Positions 21,615-34,558 of a stretch of DNA of 64,000 nt are shown here, in pieces. Both the position numbers and the translations under genes were made by a program. How positions within the stretch are numbered: the stretch's first letter is position 1; every line of letters starts with the position of its first letter. Origin of the DNA: Azolla caroliniana (taxonomy: Eukaryota; Plantae; Polypodiophyta); contig JBHGNT010000018.1 of assembly GCA_043228905.1 (NCBI GenBank), forward strand, positions 12,338,001 to 12,402,000, in the 5' to 3' direction. A model generated the notes under the pieces. The model did no database searches and was not told the DNA's origin. It worked only from the letters and a program-made list of their open reading frames with translations.

Positions 21615-24600
21615 GTCGTCTTCGGAGTCGGTAGGTTGTGGTAAGATGGTTGCGCCTACGTGCTCTGTGTGCTATCACCTGATTACTCGTAATTAGCCAC
21701 CCACCACACCTTTTCAAAGTGCCTATTCGCTCCTGGCCTCTGCATGATGACCTTCTTCTTTTCTTTTTTTTCCTTTTGAGTTTGAGTTAACTGGAAATAC
21801 TGGGTCCGTATCCCGGATTTTCCCCATATTCACTTGTGCCGGTAACCTGTTCATTGTTATCCGGTAACGCCGGCTTTGCCTGCCTGTCGGGTAATTCTTC
21901 CCTGCTTCCTACTGTTGTATCGTCCTCCGTCTGTTCGAACGGGTTCTGTGGCATCGGTCCACAACACGGTTTAACTCCATTGACCCATTTGCCCATTATC
22001 TCACCGGCTAGCGTTCCGAGCTGGTATGAACCGTTGAATTCCCGTGTTATCCAATACGGTCTGGTCCACCTGAACCGTAGCTTTCCCGGCATCTGACCCA
22101 TCCAGGTCTGGAACACGAGTACCGACTTTCTGATCACGAGCATCTTCTCATTGCCCTTCCGGTGCCGATCGACAAATGCCTTCCTTCGTCGCTACTCCAA
22201 CTCCAATTGTATGAGACTTGCTATCCGATGTTCCTCGACTTCACATAATGCGGCTAACCGGATCTTTTCCGATTCCATTTCACTTAGTCGTTCTCTAACC
22301 TGTATCCGCAAACTCGGAACCTGTAATTCGATCGGCATTACTACTTCATATCCAAATGCTAACTGGAATGGTGTTGACCGGATACTCGTTTTGTATGTTG
22401 TTTGGTATGCCCATAGTGCACTATGCAGCTCGGTGTCCCAATTGGTCCGGTTTTCATTGACAATCTTTCGTAGGATGTTTTGGAGCGTTTTGTTCGTGGA
22501 TTCGGCCAGGCCATTGGCATGTGGATAGTAAGGGGTACTACGCTTGTGTACCACAACATAAAATGTTGTCAAGCTCTCCACTACTTGACCGAGAAAATGT
22601 CCGATTGGTCGCTAATTAACTCAATCGGGCATCCATACCGGCACCAAATGTACTCATATAAGAACTTTGTCGTTAAAGCCGCAGTGTTGTCCCGCAACAC
22701 CTTGGCTTCTACCCACTTGGTGCAATAATCGGTGGCGACTATGACATATCTGTTGTCGGTTCTCATTGCCAGAGGTTTAAATGGCCCAACGAAATCTAGG
22801 CCCCAATTTTGAAATGGTTCTAAGGGTAGCACCAGTTGGTGAGGCATCCTTGCCTATTTTGTTGGTTGGCCCATCCATTGACATAAATCACCGACTTTTG
22901 CGTACCGAACTGAGTCCTTTAGTGTCGTCGGCCACCATAGCCCGTTGTGCGTTATCTTTCTTGTCGTAGCGTCCCCGGCATAGTGCCCTCCTGCAACGCC
23001 ACAGTGTGCTTCTCGTAATATTGTGTCCTTTTCATCGATGTGCACTGCTCGCCGCCATATGCCATCCGCGCCTTTGTGGTACAAGGTGTCCTGTAGTAGA
23101 CAAAAATGTCGGCTTTGTACCGCTAACCGCTTCCGCTCATCCCGATTCATCTCCTCTAGTGGGAGTCCCGTGCTTAGGAATTGAAGCATGTTGGTTAGCC
23201 ACTTGTCTTCGTCAGCTACCGTGCTATCGGCTACCGTTTCGGTTGTTACTTTAAACAACTCAGCATCCGGAAAGTCATCCGGGACTCCGTCGCTGATCTC
23301 ACCAAAGTCTAACCGGCTCAGATAATCGGCAACCGCATGCTGTATTCCCGGTCGGTGATATATTTCAAATTCGAAATCTTGTAGCAACAATGTCCATCGG
23401 GCCAGCTTGCCGATAAGTGATGCCTTTGAGACCAAATACAACAACACTGAGTGCTCAACATGGAAAGAAAATTTCCCTCGCAATAAATAGTGCCTAAACT
23501 TGGTAACAATGTAAATCATCCCTAGGGCTTCTCTTTCTGTTGTTGAATAATTGCGTTCTGCCTGGGATATCTTCCGGCTAGCGTAATAGACCGGTCGGTA
23601 CCATTTCGATTCAGTCAGTTGCATTAGTGCGTTGCCGATTGCTATGTCGGACACATCTACGAACACGTGGAATTCTTTTGACCAGTCTAGTGGTTGCACA
23701 ACCAGTGCTTGTGACAGCAGTACTTTCAGTGCCCGGTAAGCCTCGTCCTCCGTATTGGTCCATTGGAACGGTGACCGGTGAACCGCTGCATGCAATGGTG
23801 TAGCCAGATCGACCAAATACCGGAGCATCCAACTATGCCACCGGATTTGTCCTAGAAACCGACTCAACGCTTTCGCTGTGGAAGGTGCCGGGGCTTCTAA
23901 GATTGCTTTCACCTTATCGGGGTCTACTGCGATCCCGTCCTTGCTGACTAGATGGCCCAGCAATGCGCCGCTTGTTACTCCGAACACACACTTTGCTGGA
24001 TTCAGGCTTAGCCGATAACTCCTCCATTTCTCAAGACGTAGCCGGAGGTGTTGGAGATGTTCTCTGTCTTAGCTATACACGGCAAAGTCATCTAGGAATA
24101 CCTGCATGAATGCCGAAATGAAGTTGCCAAATATCTCCATGATTATTCGTTGGAAGGTCGCCGGCGAGGTCTTGAGCCCGAACATCCTTACTACTGCGAC
24201 AAAGACTCCCCATTCGGTGGCAAATGCCGTCTTGTCTTGGTCATCGGGGTGTGTCCTTATTTGATTGGAGCCGCTTAACCCGTCTAGGAAACTATACACT
24301 TCATGCCTGGCTACCGCATCCAGCACTCCATTTGTAAACGGTAGTGGAAAGGCGTCGGTCACCGTCGCCGCATTGAGTTTGTGGTAATCAACGCACACCC
24401 GGATCTTACCGTTCTTTTTCGGCACGATGACTATGGGGCTTAACCATGTAGCTTTTTTCACTGGTCAGATAAAACCGACCCATAGCAACTTGTCAATTTC
24501 CTCTTTGACTTTTGCCGCATAGTTAGGGTTCATCCGGTAACGTCATTGTGCTACCGGTTTGGCATCCTTATGGAGGTGTATTTGGTGTTGGTACAACTGG

Positions 24601-26365
24601 GGATCCAACCCCTACATGTCTTCATAGGACCAAGCAAATACGTCTCGGAACTCCTTTAATAAAGTGATCATCACCATCCTGTTGTCCGGTGACATTTCCT
24701 TAGCAATATGCACTGGTCTGGCATTGTCCCCGGCCCCTAAGTTCACTTCCTCTAACTGGCATGCTTTCACGCGTTGGGATACCGCCATCTCCCTCTCCAG
24801 AGCTTCCTGTGCTTGCCGTAATTCTCTGGTAGCTTCCCGATCTGGTTCCTCGATGTGGTCGTCCAATTGCATTCTATATGGTGACACTGCTTCCGCCACA
24901 TCGATTTCAAGTAGGGGTATGATTTTTGGGTTTTCTTCTAAGTACTAGTCGACCTCTTCGTCCGCAAGCCCCTCGAGCATGTTCACACCTTCCACATATA
25001 GCGACGTCAGCTCCTTGCCAGTACTGGCTCAAGGGTGGGTAGGTACCCTTATTTTTGTCTTCCCTTGTCGGAAGGTAATCATGTTTTTCCGCCAGTTTTG
25101 TTTGATATTTGCCATTTTCAGCCATGGGCGGCCCAGCAACAGCGGGTAAGCACCTTGCACATTGAGTTGGAGAACCAATGCCAAAATGCGGAATGTGTGA
25201 CCTCCGACAGTTACCTCTAGGTCTCGTATCAGACCAGTAGGTCTTACCGAACTTGTATCCGCCATCCGGAGCCAAAACGGGCAAGGCTCCCATTCCTAGA
25301 TTCCCAGGGTATTACAAGTCCGTAGACTGGTCACGTTCACGCCTGATCCTCCGTCCACAATCATTCCTGGTAGTTCTCGTCCTTTGACAATGGCAGTGAT
25401 TGCCGGACTGTTCGTGTCTACCACTGTTGGCCCTTCTTCCAAATTTGAGAAGAACGCAGGAGCCGGTAACGGAATGGATGTGGTCATTCCTGATTTCAGC
25501 CCTTCCGTAAACCGGGGCACTAGTTGTAATGACCGACCCAATGGCAACGTAATTTGACATTATTGTAACGCTTGCCATGTTGGATTGTCTAGCTGACTCG
25601 TGTCATTGGCCCTTTCTGGTCTCTCCTTTTGTTGTTCAAGCTCCGCCACATTCTGTTCATTTGCCTTCTTCACCCACTCCGTGGCTTGCTTTCGGATGGC
25701 CTATTGTGTTTCCCACTCCATTGTATATCGGCAACTTCTGCTACCACCATATTTACGGCTGGTTGTTGCTCGTAGCTTTTAATTGAGCACTGATTGCTAC
25801 AATGCCCTTCTTGCCGGCAATAGTAGCAGTACGCTTTCCGGGTGTTGCTGGATTCAACATTCCCTCCGGTTCCCGGTTGAGGTCCTATTGGTGGTCAGTT
25901 AGGTGGTTGGCCTTGGTCCGGTTGGTTGCTTGGCGTGCCCTTGTCCGGTTGCCACTGGTGGTCCTCCTTTCTAGCATTCCATTTTTTGTTGTAGCGTTTC
26001 TTGTTCTGGTAACCCTATCGGGGTCGGTTTTCATAGTTGCCTTGATTTTCCCTCCGCTGGTTGTACCCAAGGGAGTGGTCCCGGCTCTATCTCTCGTATC
26101 ATTCACCGATGTAATCTCGGTAACTATCCTGCCAGTTTCAGTTGTGAGTGTCCCTCTTATCGTTGTTCTGGATATCTTGCGTCGGCCGATAACGCTCATC
26201 TCACCGCCAACGTTCTTCTTCCTCCTCCCGGTTGCTCTGGGGTTCGATTTGCCTTACCGGTGCCGCTTGTTGGTTCAGCAAGTTATATTCGCATCGGTCC
26301 ATTGTGTGCGTTCTAGAGGGGCATAACATGCACTGTATCCGTATGGTACATTCTATTGCCGAGTG

Positions 26366-26577
26366 CCCGGCATTGACACAAGTCGTACATTGTATAGTTT
26401 GCCGAAACCGTAGGTCTTCTTCTGTTGGTAATGTCCGTTGGAGTGCCCCCATTGTTAGCCATGAGCTTGTTCCCGGCATTGACACAAGTCGTACATTGTA
26501 TAGTTTGCCGAAACCGTAGGTCTTCTTCTGTTGGTAATGTCCGTTGGAGTGCCCCCATTGTTAGCCATGAGCTTGTT
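26366..26577. repeat. Perfect 106-bp tandem duplication in G1 gag
   Basis: 26366-26471 equals 26472-26577. The duplication is absent from G2. Confidence 0.9.
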
Positions 26578-27592
26578 TTCTCCATCTCCCTGACCCTTTC
26601 TATGACTTGGTCGATCGTGCTGGTGTGGAAATCGATTAATGCACACACTGTACGCAGGGGTTCCCTGAGTGTGGCTAGGAATATTGATTTCGCCTCTTCC
26701 TCCGGTGGTGCCTGATTGAGTTGACTGTCCATTCGTTGGAACCGGATTACGAATTATTGAATGGTTTCAATAGGTTGTTGTCATATGGTGTAGAACTATA
26801 AAGATTTGGTTTTTAATTCCTCAAATGTCGTGATGGTGCCGGGAGTGTGCGTCAAGCGCCATCGCACCGCTGGTCCTTCCAAGGTCATGCCGAACCCTGC
26901 AATCTTCGAGCGTTCTGCTTCGGCAGCGGTCAAGCGTTGCGACACATGGTTTGCTTCCCATGTTTGCAGAAATGCATAGACATGAGCTTCTGCGTCCGGA
27001 TCATCCCGGTACTTGGGATATTGGAACGGCATGTCGTCGTCCGGTGTCGTAGGTCTTTCCTACTCTTCTTTTGGTGTCAGAGGTTTTGCCTCCTCTTCTT
27101 TTTGTGTCTCACGTAGCGGGGTCGGGAGTTGATTTGCCACCTACCGATCTGGGGCTTCCAGTTCCGTTAGCTCTGGTTCTGGTGTTGGCAAGGTATCCGA
27201 CTGCTCATCCTCTGATCCGTCTAGGGTGTCGTGGCTGCTACGGTAATTCGAATGGGCACTGCATTCGCCGTCTGAATCCGATTCGAAGGCTGAGAATGGT
27301 TCCGAATCGCCTCCCCCTGTCGCTAGTGCATGCAGAATGGATTCCGCGTCTCGGAGACTGCTCAAGCTGCTTCCTTTGTCCCGTTGGGAATTCTGCTACC
27401 CGCGGAGTGACTCTGCGGCCACTCACCGGATTACTTTGGAAAATGAGCGATTCGCACGGATCTCTTCAGTCGCCTGTTCGAAAACCTCGCTTCCGCAATC
27501 GTTCGGCAAGTCTTCTTACTGGCTCCATAATCGGGTCGTTTGTTGGTCTAGTCATCCATGCCCGCCGTTGGTAGCTGCGTTTGTGCAGTAAT

Positions 27593-27603
27593 CGTGGTCG
27601 CCA
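27593..27603 (-). promoter_or_regulatory. Primer-binding site, tRNA-Arg(UCG) type
   Basis: TGGCGACCACG follows the LTR and a 7-nt spacer. G2 has TGGCGACCACA at 32848-32858. The recalled tRNA-Arg(UCG) end is TGTGGTCGCCA. Confidence 0.75.
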
Positions 27604-28065
27604 AAAATTGTGTTATCGCTAGGAGTTGGACAATGGCCTAACACAGAGAGTCTCCTTGAGACACTTCACCAAAGGGTGTTGCGGTGAGATAGATTTAGAC
27701 CGACTATTAACGGATCCTTAATGAGTTACTAGCGACAATATCATTAGTCACAATACATGCGTAGGATAATTTACACTTAGCGCAGAACGGTAATTAACAA
27801 TGATTCAGATACAGAACAATAACACTCTATTAACTATCTACTAATGATTACAATCTAGCCGGACCTTTTTATAGGTCTCTGGCTTTAGGTACAAACCGGC
27901 GCCAATCGGCAACTGGCTACGAACCGGTCCGGATCCGAATCGGCATACCGATTCCGTGTCCATCCATTCGTTTCTCAAATCATAATAATAAATATATAAT
28001 TAGCTCCCAGTTATTAATTATCCCCTCGTTTCCCATTCTGGACTTTGCTTGCCGATCGGGTAACA

Positions 28066-31000
28066 TGTAGTACAGAGTGCTACCCTTGTGTACTACCGCG
28101 TAGAACGTTGTTAGGCTCTCCACTACTTGACCGAGGAAGTGTCCAACCTGATCGCTAATTAATTCGATGGGACATCCATAACGACACTAGATGTACTCAT
28201 AAAGGAACTTCGTCGTTGATGCCGTGGTATTGTCTTGCAAAGCCTTGGCCTCTACCCACTTGGTGCAATAATCCGTACCGACAATGATGTATCTGTTGCT
28301 GGTTCGCATGGCTGGTGGCTTGAATGGTCCGACAAAGTCCAGCCCCCATTTTTCAAATGGTTCCAAGGGTAGTACCAGCTGGTGAGGCATCTACGCCTGC
28401 TTTATCGGTTGGCCTATTCGTTGACACAAATCATATTCCTTCGTATATCGGACCGAATCTTTTAGTGTCGTTGGCCACCATAGCCCACTGCGGCATATCC
28501 TTGTTGCTGTAGCTTCTCCGGCATAGTGTCCTCCGGCGACTCCGCAATGTGTTTCCCGTAATATGGTGTCCTTTTCATCACTCTGCACCGCTCTCCGCCA
28601 TATTCCATCGGCTCCCTTGTGGTATAGGGTGTCCTATACTAAACAAAAATGTCGGCTTTGGACCACCAATCGTTTCCTCTCGTCTCTGTTCATCTCTTCT
28701 GGAGGTAGTCCTATGCTTAAGAACCGATGCATGTTCGTTATCCATTTATCCTCGTCCGGAACTGTACTATCCGTTGTGGTTTCTGCCGTAATTTTAAATA
28801 GTTCGGCATCCGGAAACTCATCTGGTACGCCATCACCAATCTCGCCAGTTTCTAACCGGCTCAAATAATTGGCAATCGCGTGTTGTATACCCGGTTGGTG
28901 ATAAATTTCGAACTCGAATTCCTGTAGTAGCAATGTCCACCGGGCCAGCTTACCTGTGAGGGATGCCTTAGAGACCATGTATAAAAGCGCGGAATGGTCT
29001 ACATGAAACGAAAATTTACGGCCCAACAAATAGTGTTGGAACTTTGTGACACTATAAATCATCCCCAAGGCCTCTCTTTCTGTTGTGACAGTTTCTGGCT
29101 CGCATATTATACCAACCGGTACTACTTGGGTTCAGTCAGCTGCATAAGTATGTTGTCAATTGCTATGTCGGACGCGTCGACGAACACATGAAACTCTTTG
29201 GACCAGTCAGGGGGTTGTACTACTGGTGCTTGCGATAGTAGTACTTTTAGCGCGCGGTAACCGTCATCCTCTATAGCCATCCATTGAAACGGTGTTCGGT
29301 GAACCGCAACATGCAGCGGTGCTGCAAGATCTGCCAAATACCGGAGCATCCAGCTATGCCACTAGTAGTCGGCACCGTCTTGAGTCCAAACATCATCACT
29401 ACGGCAACAAAAACTCCCCACTTGGTAACGAACATCGTCTTTTCTTGGTCATCAGGGTACATCCATATTTTATTGTAACCGCTGAATCCGTCTAGGAAGC
29501 TATATACCTCATGACTAGCTACCGCATCCAGGACTCCATCCGCGAATGGAAGTGGAAAGGCATCGGTCACTATCGCGGCATTCAATTTCCGGTAATCGAC
29601 ACACACCTGGATCTTCCCGTTCTTCTTCGGCACGACAACTATCAGACTCAACCATGTCGCTTTCTTTACCGGCCAGATAAAACCAACTTGGAGTAACTTG
29701 TCGATCTCTTCTTTTACCCTTACTACATAATTAGGGTTCATTTGGTAGCGCCTTTGTGCTACCGGTTTGGCGTCTTTGCTGAGATGTATCTGGTGTTGAT
29801 ACAACTGCGGATCCAGCCCTCGCATATCCTCATAGGACCAGACAAATACGTCCCAGAATTCTTTCAATAATGTAATCATTGTCGTTTTGTTTTCCAATGA
29901 CATTTCTTTGGCAATATGTATTGGTCGTGCTTCCTCTCCAGTTCCCAAGTTTACTTTCTCTAGCTGGGACGCCTTCACCCTTTGAGATACTGCCATTTCC
30001 TGTTCCAGGGCCTCCTCTGCTTGACATAGTTCTCTGACAGCATCTCTATCCGGTTCCTCTCCAGCATCTTCTGGTTGTGCAATATACAGGGAGACTTATT
30101 TGGCCACACCTATTTCGAACAAGGGTACGATTTTTGGATTATCCTCGAGATACTGATTGACTTCCTCATCAGCGAGCCCTTCCAACATATTAATGCTTTC
30201 AGCGTATAATAGTGTTAGCTCTTTGTCAATTCCGGTTTGTGGATGTGTCGGTACCCGTACTTTGGTTTTGCCTCGTTGGAACGTAATCACATTCTTTCGC
30301 CAGTTTTGCTTAATGTGCGCCGTCCGCAACCATGGTTGTCCAAGCAATAGTGGGTAAGCCCCTTGGGTATTTAACTGGAGAACCACCTCGGAAATGCGGA
30401 ATGCATGTCCTCCAATTGTTACCTCCAGATCTCGTATTAAACCGGTGGTGGGTCTTACCGAACTTGTAACTGCCATCTGGAGCCAAAATGGGCAAGGCTC
30501 CCACTCCTGGATTCCCAGGGTGTCACAAGTACGGAGGTTGATTACATTGATGCCCGATCCTCCATCGACGATCGTCCCAGGTAGCTCACGTCCTTTGACA
30601 ATGGCAGTGATTGCCGGACTGCTTGTGTCCACCACCGTCGGCCTTTCCTTTGGGTTGGAAAAGAAAGCCAGAGCCGGCGATGAGTTTGGTGGTGTTATTG
30701 CCGATTTCAGCCCATCCGTGAACTGGGGTACTAATTGTAGTAGTCGGCCTAATGGCAACGTAATTTGACATTCCTGTAACGCCTTCCATGTTGGGTTTTC
30801 TGACTATATTGTGTCGGTGAGCTCCGCCAGTGCCTCCTTTTGTTGTTTGACTTCAGCCACATTCTGCTCATTTTCCTTCTCTACCCATTTGGTGGCCTAT
30901 TTCCGGATAGCCTCTTGTGCTTCCCACTCCGTTGTCTTTCCTTTTGACCTAGTGGTGACTTGTTGTATATCCGCAACCTCTGCTACCACCATATTGAGTG

Positions 31001-33311
31001 CCGATCGTTTTTCATTACTTTTCACCGGGCATTGGTTGTTGTAATGGCCTTCCTGCCAGCAATAATAACAATATGTTTTCTGGGTAATGCTGGATTATGC
31101 TTTTGGCCCGGTACTTGGTTGAAATCCTGTTGCCCATTGATTAGGCTCTTCTGTACGTCTTTGTTCTGGTTGGGTGCCACTTAAGCTTCTCTCCGGCTCT
31201 CGTGGGTATTCCTTCACCGGTTCCCGACGCTCCTCCTTTTGGGTGTTTTGTTTCTTATTAAAACGTCAGTGGTTCTTGTATCCCTATCGGCAACGATCTT
31301 CATAATCCCCACGCTGATCCTCTCTCCTCCGGTTGTAACTTGGAGAGTGATCTTGATCAGAACGGTCACCATTATAATCCCGGTACTTGTCATACCGGTT
31401 CTGGTCATAAGTGTCCCTTCAGCCCCTATACCGGACATCCTGTACTGGCCGGTAACGCTCGTCTTGATGCCAACGTTCTTCTTCCTCTTCCCGGTCACTT
31501 CGGGTATCCATTTGTCTTACCAGTGCCGCTTGCCAGTTCAGTACGTTATACTCGCATGGGTCCATTGTGTGCAACCTGGAATGGAATAACATGCACTGTG
31601 ACCGCATGGTACATTCTATTGCCGAGTACCCGGCATTGAGAGAAGTCGTACATAGTATAGCTTGCCAAAAACATAGGTCTTCTTCTGTCGGTAATGCATG
31701 TTGGAGTGCCGCCATTGTTAGCTACGAGCTTGTTTTCTCCATCTCCCTCACCCGGTCTATGACCTGGTCAATCGTGCTACTGCGGAAATCAATGACTGTG
31801 CACACCGTACACAGGGGTTCCCGAAGTGCTGCTAGGAATATTGCTTTAGCCTCTGCTTCCAGTGGTTCCCGACTTAGTTGGTTGTGCATCCACTAGAACC
31901 AAATTACGAATTGTTGAATGGATTCCATAGGTACCTGTCGTATGGTATAGAATAGGCCAACCATCTCTCATTGATCCATCTCCTTGTTGAAGAATTGTAA
32001 AAAACTGGTTTTCAAGTCCTCAAACATAGTGATGGTGCCGAGAAGGTGCGTCAAGCGCCATCGCGCGGCTGGTCCTTCTAAAGTCATGCCGAACTCTGCA
32101 ATCTTCGATCGTTCTGCTTTGACGGCGTTTAAGCGTTGTGACACATGGTTTGCTTCCCATGTTTGTAGAAATGCATACACATGGCCTTCCGCATCCGGAT
32201 CATCCCTGTACCTGGGATATTGGAACGGCATATCGTCATCTGGTGTCGAAACTCGAGCTGGTGGTGACGGAGGTCTCTCCTCCTCTTCTGGTGGAGGCGG
32301 TGTCGGAGGTCTTTCCTTCTCTTTTCTCGGCGTCGAAGGTCTTCCCTCCTCCTTCGGAGGCTCGCGTGGTGGTGTCGGAGGTTGATCCGCCTCGTGCCTT
32401 CCTAAAGCTTCCAGTTCTGTTATCGCCGGATCCGGTGTTGGTATATTATCCGATTCCTCTTCTTCCGGTCCGTCCAGGGTGTCGTGACTGCTGTGGTAAT
32501 TCGAATATGCGCTGTATTCGCCGTCCGAATCCAATTCAAACACCAAAAATGGTTCCGAATTGCCTTCTCCCGCTGCTAATGCTTGTAGGATGGATTCCGC
32601 TTCCTTTACACTACTTAAACTACTTCCTTCGTCTGGATGGGAATTTTGCTGCAACCGGAGTGACTCCACGGCCACTCGCCGGATCACCTTTGAAAAGGAT
32701 CGATACGCGCGGATTTCTTTTGCCACTTGGTGGTACTCTTTGCGCTTCCACAGTCTTTCGGTGAGTTGTCTCGCTCACTCCGTTGTTGGGTCGTTTGTTG
32801 GTCTAGTCATCCATGCCCCCCGCTGTTCACTACGCTTGAGCAGGAATTGTGGTCGCCAAAAACTGTGTTATTCCTTGGGCCAGGACGAGGCCTAACACAG
32901 GGTGTCCCTCTAAGACACTTCACCAAAGGGTGGTGCGAGTGGGGTAGGCGTAGACTGTGTGTGATACAACGTATTCCTAATCGGTGACTAACCGGCGTGG
33001 TTAAGGATAGTAATACACTCGTAAGATAGATTCTATTAAGCACAGAACGGTAATTAACTTAGACCTTCAAAGATTAAACAAGATGTAAACAACACTTTCA
33101 TTAATAAACCGCTATTTAATTACAATTTAACCGGGTCCTTTTATAGGTCACCGGCTCTGGTTACGAACCGGTCCAGATCCGGATCGGCATACCGATACCA
33201 GGTCTGTCCATTCACTTCTCAAAATATAATAATTATAGATAGTTCTAAAATTATAATTATCCCTTTCCCATTCCGGACTTTATCTGGCTTTTAAGTCTTT
33301 GCCGGTCAACA
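28066..33311 (-). mobile_element. Athila-like gypsy G2, 5' part (LTR, gag, PR, RT, RH, integrase N-terminus)
   Basis: 5' LTR 32866-33311; gag 32726-; protease 30758-30096; RT 29996-29365, with a deletion removing the FLDD segment; RH/IN 29349-28071. Confidence 0.9.
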
Positions 33312-33764
33312 AATCACACTTCAATGAGAATGAAACACAGAAATGGGAAGTGGAGAGTACACAAAGGAAATACACAAGATGTTTACGTGGAAAACCCTAA
33401 ATGGAAAAAAACCACGGGAGCCCACGAACTGCAACTATCACTATAGGAGAAAGGTACAATTAGATCCTCAGAGGCAACGACCTTGAGCTCTATATCTTCG
33501 CCAACCGGCGGTTACAACAGAGTATCGCTCTGTATTTCACACACTCTCTCTCTCTGTCGCTCTCTCTGTACAACAATATGACAACAACAACCTAAGTGAT
33601 TGCCCTAAGTCATATTTATACTTATATGAACTTAGGGCTATTTACAAATATAGCCTCAATAGGCTTACTCAAAACATATTTACAGATTTGTCTTCTCTTC
33701 CGGTTCTCATCGGGTCCTCTTTATTCATCACCAGGTCCCGTCCGGAGGGACCGATTTCCCAACA
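33312..33764 (-). mobile_element. 5' LTR remnant of copia B2
   Basis: Highly similar to 11025-11494. It ends CCGATTTCCCAACA and is followed by the TSD CACTG. Confidence 0.85.
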
Positions 33765-34558
33765 CACTGGAAGTTTATACTGACTTGGACATGTCGACTA
33801 ATGTGGATACTACTCGATCCATGTCCGGGTACGTATTGACTTATGCAGGGGGAGTTGTTTAGTGGCATTTGAGACTGCAGAAGGTTGTGGCGCTGTCGAC
33901 CACGGATGCCGAATATATGGCCGCAGCGGAAGCCGACAAGGAAATCATATGGATGGAGTTTATCAGTCAGCTTGGAATTCGACAAGAGGAATTTTAACTC
34001 CATTGCGATAACCAAAGTGTCATCCACCTTGCGAAAAATGTCGCCTACCACTCGAGGACTAAACACATCCCGAGAAGATATCATTGGCTCCGACAGCGAG
34101 TAGAAGAAAAGGAGTTTGCTCTAGTGAAGATCCACACGGTCAAAAATGGATCAAATATGTTGATGAAGGTGTTGTCAACCGAAAAGCTAAACACGTACCA
34201 ATAGAGAGCTGGTTTGGTGAAGTACCCCATCTCGGAGTGAAGGGAGAGTTTGTTGGGAAACAAGTCCCTCTGGATGGGAAGAGAAGAACCGATTTGGTGA
34301 GTAACTCGGTCGAGGCTGAAACTGAAATCGAGGATACAAGGGTAATTCGGCCGAGGTTGATAGGCCGAAAATGAAACCAAAATCGAAATGGAAATCGTTT
34401 CGGAAGACTATAATTGTAATGGTCTAAAATGCCTCTTGGGGGCTATACTTCTAAATAGCCAGAAAATTGCTTTTGTTTATAAGCAACTAGGGCAAACTTT
34501 AGTATCGTGTAGTTGATCATTATTGTAAAAGTTAGAATGAGGTAGTGGCCTCTGTAAC
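33765..34558 (+). mobile_element. Copia B0 fragment 2 (RNase H, PPT, start of 3' LTR)
   Basis: Reads YTDLDMSTNVDTTRSMSGY...HCDNQSVIHL. PPT GGAGTGAAGGGAGAG at about 34234-34248; LTR starts at 34251. The rest of the LTR is at 40232-40511. Confidence 0.85.

Larger units (their letters stand above)
18610..28065 (-). mobile_element. Full-length decayed Athila/Tat-like Ty3/gypsy element G1, nested in G2
   Basis: LTRs 27611-28065 and 18610-19070; TSD GGTAG/TGTAG; PBS 27593-27603. Gag has two CX2CX4HX4C knuckles. Protease IVDGGSGVN; RT 24461-24069 (FLDD); RNase H plus integrase 23987-21787 with a DDFPDAE linker. No second (archaeal-type) RNase H seen. Extra ORF 21614-19179. Confidence 0.93.
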
